Shown here piece by piece: positions 42,004 through 50,922 of a DNA stretch of 64,000 bases. The notes under the pieces are model-generated. The model ran no database searches. It saw nothing but the letters and a program-made list of their open reading frames with translations, and was not told the DNA's origin. A program made the position numbers and the translations under genes. The stretch lies in NCBI GenBank assembly GCA_963788655.1, contig CAWBHS010000088.1, forward strand, positions 255,580 through 319,579, given 5' to 3'. The stretch is from an uncultured Verrucomicrobiae bacterium. Lineage in GTDB: Bacteria; Verrucomicrobiota; Verrucomicrobiia; Limisphaerales; JAFGQR01. The stretch's first letter is position 1, and each line of letters begins with the position of its first letter.

Positions 42004-42213
42004 CCTGTACCCCCGAATACACGAGGGACATTCTCGGCGCCAGAGGGGGGAGGGGCTAGGGCCTCCGCGCTATGACGACATATCGCTTCTTTCGACCCCC
42101 ATCACTTCTACCCGGGGCCGCACAACTTTGTGCTGTTGCGCTTACCTCAGGCTAATCCTCTTGACGCCGTCGCGCACGGGGAAGGATGTGGCGTTCGTCA
42201 CGGACTGGTGGGG

Positions 42214-42972
42214 TTACAAACCAATGTGCGCTTCGGCCACCATGGGCCCTGTTGGGGCTGTTGAACCACCCGGTGGTTCCATCGTCACGTAGATGTCGGT
42301 CACGCCGTTCATGTCGCCCTTCATCAGCACCATGTAGGTGCCGTCGTGCTCGGGCATGAAGGCGGGGCCGGCCTCGGAGGTGCCGTCGGCGTGGGACATC
42401 CACACCTGGTACTCCTTCCCTGGCGAGGGCATGGGGGCCTCGTCTCCCATGAGCACGGCGCCGCCGTAGGTCTGGCTCATGATGAAGGACGACTGGCCGA
42501 GGGGGACGGTCATGGTGTGGGCGTCCTCTGCGGAGATGATCCGCATCGCCTGCTCGTGCGCGGCGAGGGTGCCGTTGTCGGATTTGCCGGTGAGGAATCC
42601 GCCGATGCCGATGCCGAGGGCGACGACGAGGACGGCGGCCGCTGCCGCTCCAAGCCAGGCCACGCCGGGCGTCCAACGACGGGAGGTGCGCGGTTCGTCG
42701 GCGTCGGCGACGGGAGCGCGGCGAGGGGCCTTCTGCTGCGGCGTACGGGCGGCGGTAGCGAGAACGGTGGCGCGCATGGTGGCGGGCGCGCGCCCGGTAT
42801 CGCCGACGCCGGAGAGGGCCCCGGAGGCGCCGAGGAGTGACGCGGTCTCGCGGAGCGAGGCGACCTGGTCGCGGCAGGCGGAGCAGCCGTCGAGGTGGGT
42901 GGCGAAGGCGGCGCGCTCGTCCGGGTCGAGGGCGTCGATCGCGTAGGCGGCGGCGAGGTCGTGGAGCGTCAT
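42214..42972 (-). CDS. rskA: Anti-sigma-K factor RskA-like
   Basis: HDLAAAYAIDAL, HLDGCSAC (ZAS), TM, YQVW, VTMEPPGGS.APT. Confidence 0.88.
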   Translation of the reverse strand: MTLHDLAAAYAIDALDPDERAAFATHLDGCSACRDQVASLRETASLLGASGALSGVGDTGRAPATMRATVLATAARTPQQKAPRRAPVADADEPRTSRRWTPGVAWLGAAAAAVLVVALGIGIGGFLTGKSDNGTLAAHEQAMRIISAEDAHTMTVPLGQSSFIMSQTYGGAVLMGDEAPMPSPGKEYQVWMSHADGTSEAGPAFMPEHDGTYMVLMKGDMNGVTDIYVTMEPPGGSTAPTGPMVAEAHIGL

Positions 42973-43679
42973 GGCGCCACCTCCAGAAGCTCGCGCATCT
43001 TCAGGATGCCGTCGCGTAGGCGAGCCTTCGCGGTTCCCAGGGGAATGCCCAGCTCGCCCGCAACCTCGCGGTGCGTGAGCCCGCGCCAGTAGGCGAGGGA
43101 GAGCGCCTGGCGCTGGAGGTCGCTGAGGGCGGCGAGGGCGCGGCGCACGCGGGCCGCCTCCCATTCGCCTTGAAGCATGTCGATGACGTGCCCTGGTCCG
43201 TCTTCGGCTGGGGCGACGGTCGGGGTTGCCGCGTGCGCCGCGTGGGCGCGGGCGGAGTGTGCCTCCTCGCGCCGTACGCGGTCCACGGCGCGACGGTGCG
43301 CGATGGTGAGGATCCATGCCCGCGCGGATCCGCGCTGAGACTCGTAGCGGGGGGCGGCGCTCCATACCTCGAGTAGCGCCTCCTGGGCGGCGTCCTCGGC
43401 GAGGGCAGGGTCGCGCACCACCCTTAAGGCGAGGGCGTAGACCTGGTCGGCCACGGCGTCGTAGAGGCGTTCGTATGCCGCGGTCGATCCGCGCGCGACC
43501 TCGTGAAGGAGGTCGCCGAGCGGGGTGTCGAAGGACGGAAGAGAGGCGGGTGACGCGGAACGTCTCGTCGCCGGGGGATTGGCGCCGATCGCCTCCCACG
43601 CGTCAGTGGGCTGCTCGTCTGACGCGGTCGAAACCGAGCGCAGACGTCGGGTTGAGCCCACTCCGCCTCCCTCCGTCAT
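42969..43679 (-). CDS. sigK: ECF sigma factor SigK-like (start uncertain)
   Basis: AEDAAQEALLEVW, WILTIAHRRAVDRVR, LAYWRGLTHREVA..PLGTAKARLRDG; ATGA coupled to rskA. Confidence 0.88.
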   Translation of the reverse strand: MTEGGGVGSTRRLRSVSTASDEQPTDAWEAIGANPPATRRSASPASLPSFDTPLGDLLHEVARGSTAAYERLYDAVADQVYALALRVVRDPALAEDAAQEALLEVWSAAPRYESQRGSARAWILTIAHRRAVDRVRREEAHSARAHAAHAATPTVAPAEDGPGHVIDMLQGEWEAARVRRALAALSDLQRQALSLAYWRGLTHREVAGELGIPLGTAKARLRDGILKMRELLEVAP

Positions 43680-43699
43680 TCGTAGTAACGCCGGGACGG

Positions 43700-43969
43700 C
43701 TAGTTGTCTTCCATCATGGAGTCGTCGCCCATCATCGAGTCGTCCGTCATAGCCGGGGTGGGCGTCATGGTGTCGTCGTGCATCATGGAGTCGGCCGACA
43801 TGGCCGGGGTGGGCGTCATGGTGTCGTCGTGCATCATGGTGTCCTCCGACATGGCCGGGGTGGGCGTCATCTTCGCGTCGTCCGCAGTTCCTGTACGGCC
43901 GCAGCCGGCGAGGACGGCTGCCGTTGCGAGGGCTGTGACGGTCGCCGCTGCGGTGCGGGAGATCTTCAT
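43700..43969 (-). CDS. Met/Asp-rich repeat lipoprotein (89 aa)
   Basis: GAGGAAG RBS, lipobox LAGC, three 17-aa (51-bp) repeats MTPTPAMSxDxMMHDDT. Confidence 0.8.
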   Translation of the reverse strand: MKISRTAAATVTALATAAVLAGCGRTGTADDAKMTPTPAMSEDTMMHDDTMTPTPAMSADSMMHDDTMTPTPAMTDDSMMGDDSMMEDN

Positions 43970-44020
43970 GGTCTTCCTCTCGGTTGTGCTTCACCGCCGT
44001 GTGGCGGCCACTCGTGGGGT

Positions 44021-45793
44021 CTATCCGAACGTGAAGGCAAACGCCTCCACGCCAGGAGAGAACGTCAGGGTCAGCTGGTCCTCGATCGGGTCGCCGCTGT
44101 ACAGCGTGTACAGCGTCGGCGCGCCGGAGACGTTCACGACGTTGCTCCATCCCGGATCACCTTCTCTCGTCACCGTGACGGTGCCTTCGCCTCCCAGGAC
44201 CAGGTACACGTTTGCCGCATAGAAGTGGTAGCGCAGCCGCGCGTCTGCACCCGCGACCGCCGATTCGGAGCCCACCGTCCACGTGCCGCCGAGCGAGAAC
44301 TCGTTTTGTGCGGGCGCCGTGACGAGCGTGTAGGTGTACGCCGCGTCCCGGGTGCCCTCGTTGTTCGCCAGCGCATTCAGGCGGCTGTAGCCGACGTAGG
44401 TCTCCGGTGAGCGCCCGGAGGTGAGGTTGGCCGGGTCGATCGCGACGGTGGACGTCACGGGGGCGTCGAGGAGCTGCTGGATCAGCTTCTCCGTCTCCTT
44501 GTAGGCGCCCTCGCCGTAGTGGACCTGCCGCACCATGCCGTCTTTGTCGATCAGGTAGTGCGCGGGCCAGTACCGCTGGTGCCACGCACGCCACGTGGTG
44601 AAGTCGTTGTCGAGCGCGACGGGGTAGTGGATGTTGAAGCGCTGCGTTGCGTCCTCCACGTTGGAGCGGACGTGCTCGAAGGCGAACTCGGGCGAGTGCA
44701 CGCCGATCACGACGAACCCGTCGTCCTTGTACTTGTCGTACCAGGCGGTGATGTACGGCAGCGTGCGCTGGCAGTTGATGCACGAGTACGTCCAGAAGTC
44801 GACGAGCACGACCTTGCCCCGCAGATCCTCGAGGCTGATGGGCGCGTCGCCGGGGGTGTTGATCCACGATTCGATGCCGCTGATGTCGGCGGCCGGTCCG
44901 CAGTTGTGGAGCGTGTCGAGCGGGGCGTCCGCGCACTGGTCGAAGGACATCGCATCGCCGACGGCGGGGCCGGCGGGTTCGCGTCCGGCGAGGGCGTCGA
45001 GCTGGTTCTGGACGGTCTGGTTGTTCTCGATGGCGTTCTGCGCGTCGCCAAGGACGGGCGGCACGATGCGCTGCAGCGGCTCGAACACGTTGGTCGCGAT
45101 GAGGACGGCGGTGGCGACCAGGATGGCGCCGGAGATCCTGCGGAACAGGCCGAGGTTGTTGCGGACCGCCTTGACGCGGCGCACGATCGACTCGCCCGCG
45201 ACGGCGAACGCGAGCAGCGGGATCGCGACGCCGAGGCTGAACGCGAGGGTGAGGATCACGAGGCCGACGCTGAGCCCTGCCGACGTGGCGAGCGTGGTGA
45301 TGGCGGTGAGGATGGGCCCGGCGCACGGGACGAAGACGAGCCCGAGGGCCAGTCCCGTGACGAACCCGCTTCCGCCCTGCTTGAGACGGGGTAGCCGCGT
45401 TGACTGGAAGGGACGCTCGATGATGTGCCCGATGCCGGGGATCAGGAGGCCAAGGCCCACGATGATCAGCACGACGATCCCGGTCCACCGCAGCACGTCC
45501 TGGCGGAGGTGAAGGGCGCTGAGGAGTGAGACGCCCACCAGGGTGAACACCGCGAAGGAGGTGATGAGGCCGGCGACCACGAGGATGGGGCGGCGAAGCG
45601 AGGCAGCCTTTCCGGCGGGCAGGGCGTCCGCTGGCACTGCGGGAGCGGCGCCGCCGCCGACGCCGACCGCCATGGGGATTCGGGGTGCTGTCGGCACGGC
45701 GCTCGCGAGGATCGCGGGCAGTACGGGAAGGACGCACGGCGAGATGGCGGTGATGAGGCCGGCGACGATCCCGGCCAGAGCGAGGGTAAGCAT
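44021..45793 (-). CDS. dipZ: DipZ-like CcdA-thioredoxin fusion protein
   Basis: SPCVLP and FVPCAGP CcdA cysteines, WTYSCINC thioredoxin, HSPEFAFE, SPETYVG, C-terminal AFTFG. Confidence 0.92.
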   Translation of the reverse strand: MLTLALAGIVAGLITAISPCVLPVLPAILASAVPTAPRIPMAVGVGGGAAPAVPADALPAGKAASLRRPILVVAGLITSFAVFTLVGVSLLSALHLRQDVLRWTGIVVLIIVGLGLLIPGIGHIIERPFQSTRLPRLKQGGSGFVTGLALGLVFVPCAGPILTAITTLATSAGLSVGLVILTLAFSLGVAIPLLAFAVAGESIVRRVKAVRNNLGLFRRISGAILVATAVLIATNVFEPLQRIVPPVLGDAQNAIENNQTVQNQLDALAGREPAGPAVGDAMSFDQCADAPLDTLHNCGPAADISGIESWINTPGDAPISLEDLRGKVVLVDFWTYSCINCQRTLPYITAWYDKYKDDGFVVIGVHSPEFAFEHVRSNVEDATQRFNIHYPVALDNDFTTWRAWHQRYWPAHYLIDKDGMVRQVHYGEGAYKETEKLIQQLLDAPVTSTVAIDPANLTSGRSPETYVGYSRLNALANNEGTRDAAYTYTLVTAPAQNEFSLGGTWTVGSESAVAGADARLRYHFYAANVYLVLGGEGTVTVTREGDPGWSNVVNVSGAPTLYTLYSGDPIEDQLTLTFSPGVEAFAFTFG

Positions 45794-45801
45794 GATGACT
45801 A

Positions 45802-45828
45802 TTCGTTCGACCGCGCGCGGGCGGATGG
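45802..45828 (-). promoter_or_regulatory. SigK-type promoter for dipZ operon
   Basis: CCATCC-N16-ACGAA ending 8 nt before the dipZ ATG; resembles mycobacterial SigK consensus CCATCC..CGAA. Confidence 0.65.
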
Positions 45829-45848
45829 GTGCGCGTAGCGTTTCGCCT

Positions 45849-46253
45849 ATGGAGAGCAAGCGTTGGAACGTGGTGGGTTGGATCGTGCTCGTGGCCGTCG
45901 TCGCGGTGATTGCCGCGGTCGCGGTGTTGGCGTACAACGAGATTCGGCCGAGGCCCGCCGATGCGACGGGGTACGGGGTGGGCGACGATCCGAACGTCGT
46001 GTTCGTGGCGATCTCGTTCAACCAGGGCGCCGAGATCGTGCCGACGAAGATCCTGAGCGAGGACGCGACGACGGTGGACCTGGGCGTGTGGGTCAAGAAT
46101 CCGTTGCCGTGGTCGCGGGACGAGGCCACGACGGCGTTCGGCTGGGCGTGGGTGAGGTTGGACGAGCCGCTCGGCGACCGAGCGGTCACCCTTTTCGGGG
46201 AGCCGCTCGAGCGCGTGTCCGGTGCCGGCCAGCCCAAGATCACGAATCAATGA
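45849..46253 (+). CDS. Hypothetical membrane-anchored protein
   Basis: N-terminal TM, VRLDEPLGDRAV C-terminal motif; TAGCGT 7 nt before ATG. Confidence 0.65.
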   Translation: MESKRWNVVGWIVLVAVVAVIAAVAVLAYNEIRPRPADATGYGVGDDPNVVFVAISFNQGAEIVPTKILSEDATTVDLGVWVKNPLPWSRDEATTAFGWAWVRLDEPLGDRAVTLFGEPLERVSGAGQPKITNQ

Positions 46254-46345
46254 CGTAGCGGTTACGATTCGCGAAACTCCGGTGTTGTGGCGCGATAAAA
46301 CACCTTCGGTAGGCGTTGGATAAGTACTACCGGAGGGGAGTGCCC

Positions 46346-46456
46346 ATGAAAGGCACCATCGTCACACTGATCGCCACGCTCGTGGCTGTGAGTCTGGCCG
46401 CAGTCGCGACCACGTCCGTCGTTGTCGCGGCGGAACGCGCCGACGCGCACGCCTGA
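46346..46456 (+). CDS. 36-aa hydrophobic small protein (not in ORF track)
   Basis: GGAGGGGAG RBS; MKGTIVTLIATLVAVSLAAVATTSVVVAAERADAHA. Confidence 0.55.
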   Translation: MKGTIVTLIATLVAVSLAAVATTSVVVAAERADAHA

Positions 46457-46511
46457 CCCCTCGCTGTCCCGTTTCTCGTGACTAGACACGGCGTCGTCTT
46501 CGCGCTATATT

Positions 46512-46525
46512 GTTAGTTGGCTAAC
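46512..46525. promoter_or_regulatory. MarR operator candidate
   Basis: GTTAG-TTGG-CTAAC next to TATATT, upstream of marR-like gene. Confidence 0.55.
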
Positions 46526-46558
46526 GAACGGTTGGCCGAGTAATAGAAGGAGGTCCCC

Positions 46559-47164
46559 ATGCGGACCGAAGACAACATCGAGGGCCACGGCCCTCACGGC
46601 GGCGAGGAGAACCTCGTCCGCACCATGGCGCGCACGGCTCAGTCGATGCGGCGCCACCTAGAGAAGACGATCGGCGACGTGCCGGGCGGCATGAGCGCGT
46701 GGTGGGTGCTTCGTCACCTGCACAACGCGGGGCCGCAGACCCAGGCGGACATGGCGCGCAGCGTCGGTGTCGCGGGCTCGACCCTCACGCGTCGTCTCGA
46801 GCAGATGGAGGCCGACGGCCTCATTACCCGTACCGCGGATCCCGACGACGGGCGGCGCATCATCGTCGCCCTGAGCGAGGCGGGCGAGGCCATGAGGGGT
46901 GGGCAGCGCGAGCGCGCCGACTCCGAGGCGGACAAGCTGATCGCGGGCATCGCGCCCGAGGACATCGAGGCCTTCGAGAGAATGGTCGCGCGGATTCGCG
47001 CGAACCTCATCGAGATGGGTACCGACCCCGACGCGCGGGGCGGCGGGCACCGGATGCGTAGCGGATTCGGACCGGGCGGCGGCCGCGGCAGAGGTATGGA
47101 CGGCGAGCGCGGCGAGGGCCGCGGTGGCGGCCGCGGCAGGGGCCGCGGCGCTCACGCGGACTAG
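46559..47164 (+). CDS. MarR family regulator with RGG-rich C-terminal tail
   Basis: TQADMARSVGV..TLTRRLEQMEADGLITR..DPDDGRR; AAGGAGG RBS. Confidence 0.9.
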   Translation: MRTEDNIEGHGPHGGEENLVRTMARTAQSMRRHLEKTIGDVPGGMSAWWVLRHLHNAGPQTQADMARSVGVAGSTLTRRLEQMEADGLITRTADPDDGRRIIVALSEAGEAMRGGQRERADSEADKLIAGIAPEDIEAFERMVARIRANLIEMGTDPDARGGGHRMRSGFGPGGGRGRGMDGERGEGRGGGRGRGRGAHAD

Positions 47165-47334
47165 CGGCGGAACAGGGTCGCGAGCAGCGAGGGCGGAAGG
47201 GCCGCCTGCTTCTGCTCGGCCGAGCACCTGCAGCGCTGGTGCACCGGGACGTGTCCCAGGACTCGCTCGACGTGCTGACCGCAGCCGGTGTAGCTGGGCT
47301 TGCCGCAGGCGCGGCAGGTAGCGGGACTGCACAT
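47161..47334 (-). CDS. 57-aa Cys-rich protein
   Basis: MCSPATCRACGKPSYTGCGQHVERVLGHVPVHQRCRC...; GGAG RBS; operator upstream. Confidence 0.8.
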   Translation of the reverse strand: MCSPATCRACGKPSYTGCGQHVERVLGHVPVHQRCRCSAEQKQAALPPSLLATLFRR

Positions 47335-47384
47335 ATTTCGATCTCCATTCACGGCAGGAGTAGGGCGTTGGCGACGACGCTAGC

Positions 47385-47400
47385 ATACCCCACGGGGTAT
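47385..47400 (-). promoter_or_regulatory. CsoR/CstR-type operator 4
   Basis: ATACCCCACGGGGTAT palindrome; on minus strand overlaps TATGCT -10 facing the Cys-rich gene. Confidence 0.75.
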
Positions 47401-47477
47401 AGCACCTGTTGTCGCCGACGTACCTTTGAGTATTCTCAATAGCGATCGCGCAATGGCGCGGATCACGGGAGGAAGTT

Positions 47478-47807
47478 ATGACCAGGAATTCCACACTCGG
47501 AATCGTTGGCGGCATTCTCATCGCCGTCACGGTCTTCCTATCGGGAAACACCATTACGTTCACATCGGCGGCGTGGAAAGACACCACCGCGCTCGTCCTT
47601 CTCGCTGCAGGTATCGCGGTGATCATCTTCTCGGCAGCCGGGAACCGGATCGGTACCGGCTACGCCGCGATGGTTGCCGGGACAATCGCCCTCATTCAGG
47701 TTGTGGATCTGCTCCGCGACGGCAACCTCGACTTCTCCGTTCGCCTCATCGTGCTGGTGGTGGGCGTGCTCCTCGCGTTCGTCGCCGCGGTTGAACGGCG
47801 CCGATAA
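47478..47807 (+). CDS. Small 4-TM membrane protein
   Basis: GGAGG RBS; four hydrophobic segments. Confidence 0.7.
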   Translation: MTRNSTLGIVGGILIAVTVFLSGNTITFTSAAWKDTTALVLLAAGIAVIIFSAAGNRIGTGYAAMVAGTIALIQVVDLLRDGNLDFSVRLIVLVVGVLLAFVAAVERRR

Positions 47808-47839
47808 CACCCGGTTACTGATCGAGAGGGGAGGGCGTC

Positions 47840-49411
47840 GTGGGCAAGGCCGCCGCCGCATCGCGGCCCGCGCGTCCCGCGCCGCCCCCCTTCTCGAGCA
47901 TTGTGTGGCTTTCCGAGGCCGACCACGGCCGCGAATGTCCCGCACGCACCCTCACCGACCTCGCCCTCGAGGGGGTCATCGAGCGCGTGGCGCCCACTCG
48001 AGTCTCGGCTGACGTCGCCGCATTGTTTCGCCGCATCCCGCTCACGAGCGAGACGGTCGCCTACCGCCAGGGAGTGTTCGCGGACCTCGACGGTTCCCCC
48101 CGCCTGCGCGAGGCGATCGACACCTTCGCCCTCGACATGCGCAACGTACGAGCCGTGCTCGCCGCGCGCGAGACCCTTCCTGTCGTGCACGCGCAACACG
48201 CCCGCCTCGCCGCAGCCGCGAGCCGGTATTGCGAGGCCATCGAACGTATGAGGGAAGCGCTCGCCGCGGCCGGCCCTGCCTCGCTCGGCCTGAGGTCGTG
48301 GCTCGCGTATGCGAGCGAATACGCGGAGAGCCCGGCGTTCGCCGAGCTGAGGGAGGCGGCCGCGCGCGTGATCGAGACGGTCTCTGGCGTCGAATACGGG
48401 GTGCGCATTGGCGACGCGTCGCTCACGGTGTACGCCTCTCTCACGGGGCCGACGCTCCAGGAGGAGATCGAGCGCACCTTCGCCCGCTTCCGCGACGGAG
48501 ACGCCCCGTCCGTCGACGGCGGGGTCGAACCAGAAGAGGAGATGGTGCAGCTCGACCGCGAGGTCATCGAGCGCGTCGCCCGCCTTCATCCGGAGCCATT
48601 TGCCGCGCTCGACGCGTTCGCGAAGCAGTTCGCGAGCTTCGTCCCCGACGCCGTTGTACGGTTCGAGCGCGAGGTCCGGTTCTACACGGAGTACCTCGAA
48701 TTCATTCGGCCGCTCCGAGCAGCGGGCTTGGAATTCTGCCTTCCTACGGTGAAGAAGCGCGCCGACCTCCGCCTTCGCGCGGCCTTCGACGTCGCCGTCG
48801 CGAGACGACTCGTCGAGGAGGGGACCCCCGTCGTCGTGAACGACCTCGACCTCGCGGGACCCGAGCGAATCGCCGTCGTGACCGGGCCGAACCAGGGCGG
48901 GAAGACGACCTTCGCCCGCATGGTGGGCCAGGCGCACGTGCTGGGCGCGCTCGGGCTCTTGGTGCCGGGCACCTCCGCGTCCATAACCATGCCCGATCGC
49001 GTGCTCACACACTTTGAGCGCGAGGAGAAGGTGACCGACCTCCGCGGCAAACTCGAGGACGACCTGCGCCGCGCCCAGGAGATGATGGCCGAGTGCGGTC
49101 CTACCAGCATCCTCATCTTCAACGAGGTTCTGACCTCCACGACCCTCGACGACGCGCGCGACATGGGGGAGCGCATCCTCCGGCGCGTCATGGGGCTCGG
49201 TCCCCGGTGCGTGTACGTGACCTTCGTCGACGAACTGTCGACGCTCGACCCGTCCATCGTCAGCCTCGTATGCGGCGTGGAGAAGGACGACCCGACGCGG
49301 CGCACGTTCCGCATCGAGCGGCGCCCCGCCGAGGGGCTCGCCTACGCGGCGGCGCTTGCCGGCCGATACGGGCTCACGTATGAGGCGCTGCGGAAGGGGG
49401 GTCGCCGATGA
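47840..49411 (+). CDS. MutS-related ATPase, subunit A (lacks mismatch-recognition domain)
   Basis: YRQGVFADL, VTGPNQGGKTT, THFEREE, GKLEDDL, ILIFNE, YVTFVDEL. Confidence 0.85.
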   Translation: MGKAAAASRPARPAPPPFSSIVWLSEADHGRECPARTLTDLALEGVIERVAPTRVSADVAALFRRIPLTSETVAYRQGVFADLDGSPRLREAIDTFALDMRNVRAVLAARETLPVVHAQHARLAAAASRYCEAIERMREALAAAGPASLGLRSWLAYASEYAESPAFAELREAAARVIETVSGVEYGVRIGDASLTVYASLTGPTLQEEIERTFARFRDGDAPSVDGGVEPEEEMVQLDREVIERVARLHPEPFAALDAFAKQFASFVPDAVVRFEREVRFYTEYLEFIRPLRAAGLEFCLPTVKKRADLRLRAAFDVAVARRLVEEGTPVVVNDLDLAGPERIAVVTGPNQGGKTTFARMVGQAHVLGALGLLVPGTSASITMPDRVLTHFEREEKVTDLRGKLEDDLRRAQEMMAECGPTSILIFNEVLTSTTLDDARDMGERILRRVMGLGPRCVYVTFVDELSTLDPSIVSLVCGVEKDDPTRRTFRIERRPAEGLAYAAALAGRYGLTYEALRKGGRR

Positions 49412-50913
49412 GGGTGGGGCTGATGTTCCGCGACACCGCGTTCGACCCCCGCGCGCCGGAGCCGCCGCTCGCGGCCGACACGATCGACGATCTCGGCCTG
49501 GAGTTCGTCGTCCTGGCGATGGCGCGTGAGGACCCGACGCTCGAGCGTTCCGCCCGCGCGGCGCTCGCGGCACCCCTCACCGATCCCGCAGCCATCGCCT
49601 ACCGCCAGGGCGTGCTCACCGATTGCCTCGCACACCCGGAACTCGTGCGCCGCATGTACGCCCGCGCGCACACCGTTTCCGCCGAGGTTCGCGAGGCGAT
49701 TGGCGGGCTACGCATCAGCCCCGAACTGGTGTTGCGCGGCGCCATCGAGGCGCTCCGGATCGCGCTGCCGACGCTGACGTGGCTGCGTGAGGTCGCGGTG
49801 GGTCCTGGACGGGACTTCGAATCCGACGGGTTTCGCGCGTTCTTTACCGATCTCGAGGAGGGACTCGACGAGGAGTTCTTCCGGGACGCGGAGCGGCAAA
49901 TATCCGAGCTACGGAACCGGCGGAGCGCGACCTACGCCGCGCGGGTGGGGCCGCTGGCGCTCGGCACAGACCACGTTCCGCTCGCCCAAGGTTCCGCTGC
50001 GGACTCGGGACCGCGCGGCCTGTTCGGCGGGCGTCGGCGCGGCCAGACCTACCGGATCTCCAGCAACGACGAGCAGAGCAGGAGGGAGCTGTCGGAGCTG
50101 AGGGTCAGGGGGCTCGCGCCGGTGGTCGAGGCCGCGTCGCGCGCCTCGGATCAGGTGATCGGGTTCCTCGACTCGCTCGCCCGCGAACTCGGGTTCTACG
50201 TCGCGTCCCTCAACCTCGCCGACGACCTCGCCGCGGCCGGCCATCCCACCGTCGTCCCTCGCGTATCGCCGACGCCGCCCCGGGGGAGGGCCGCCCGCGC
50301 CTTCGTGTGTCGCGACCTTCGGGACGTGGCGCTCGCGCTCGCGACCGAACGCCCGGTCGTCGGCCACGACGTCGACGCGACCGGGGCGACGCTCATCGCC
50401 ATCACCGGGGCGAACGGCGGGGGCAAGTCCACGCTGTTGCGGAGCATCGGGCAGGCCCAGGTGATGATGCAGGCCGGCACGGTGGTGGGCGCGCGCGAGT
50501 TCGCGTCCCGCGTTGCTCCCCAGATCCTCACGCACTTCCCGCGCGCGGAGGACGAGTCGCTTGAGCGGGGCCGCCTCGACGACGAGCTGTTCCGCATGGT
50601 GGCCCGCGTGGACGCCCTCACCCCGGGGTCGCTGCTGCTGTGTAACGAGTCGTTTTCGTCGACCAACGAGCTCGAGGGCTCGGAGATTGCGCGACAGATT
50701 GTCCGCGCGCTCCGCGAGCGAGGCGTCCGCGTCGCGTACGTGACGCACCTGTACGAGCTCGCGCGCGGGTGGTTCCGCGACGAGGCGGACGACGCGGTGT
50801 TCCTGCGCGCCGAGCGGGAGGACGACGGCACGCGCCCCTTCCGCTTCACGCTCGGCGAGCCGCTGAGCACCAGTTACGGCGCGGATCTGTATCGCGAGGT
50901 GTTTGGCGACTGA
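49408..50913 (+). CDS. MutS-related ATPase, subunit B
   Basis: YRQGVLTDCL, ITGANGGGKST, THFPRAED, GRLDDEL, LLCNESFSSTNE, VTHLYEL; ATGA overlap with A. Confidence 0.85.
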   Translation: MRVGLMFRDTAFDPRAPEPPLAADTIDDLGLEFVVLAMAREDPTLERSARAALAAPLTDPAAIAYRQGVLTDCLAHPELVRRMYARAHTVSAEVREAIGGLRISPELVLRGAIEALRIALPTLTWLREVAVGPGRDFESDGFRAFFTDLEEGLDEEFFRDAERQISELRNRRSATYAARVGPLALGTDHVPLAQGSAADSGPRGLFGGRRRGQTYRISSNDEQSRRELSELRVRGLAPVVEAASRASDQVIGFLDSLARELGFYVASLNLADDLAAAGHPTVVPRVSPTPPRGRAARAFVCRDLRDVALALATERPVVGHDVDATGATLIAITGANGGGKSTLLRSIGQAQVMMQAGTVVGAREFASRVAPQILTHFPRAEDESLERGRLDDELFRMVARVDALTPGSLLLCNESFSSTNELEGSEIARQIVRALRERGVRVAYVTHLYELARGWFRDEADDAVFLRAEREDDGTRPFRFTLGEPLSTSYGADLYREVFGD

Positions 50914-50922
50914 CCAGTTGCG

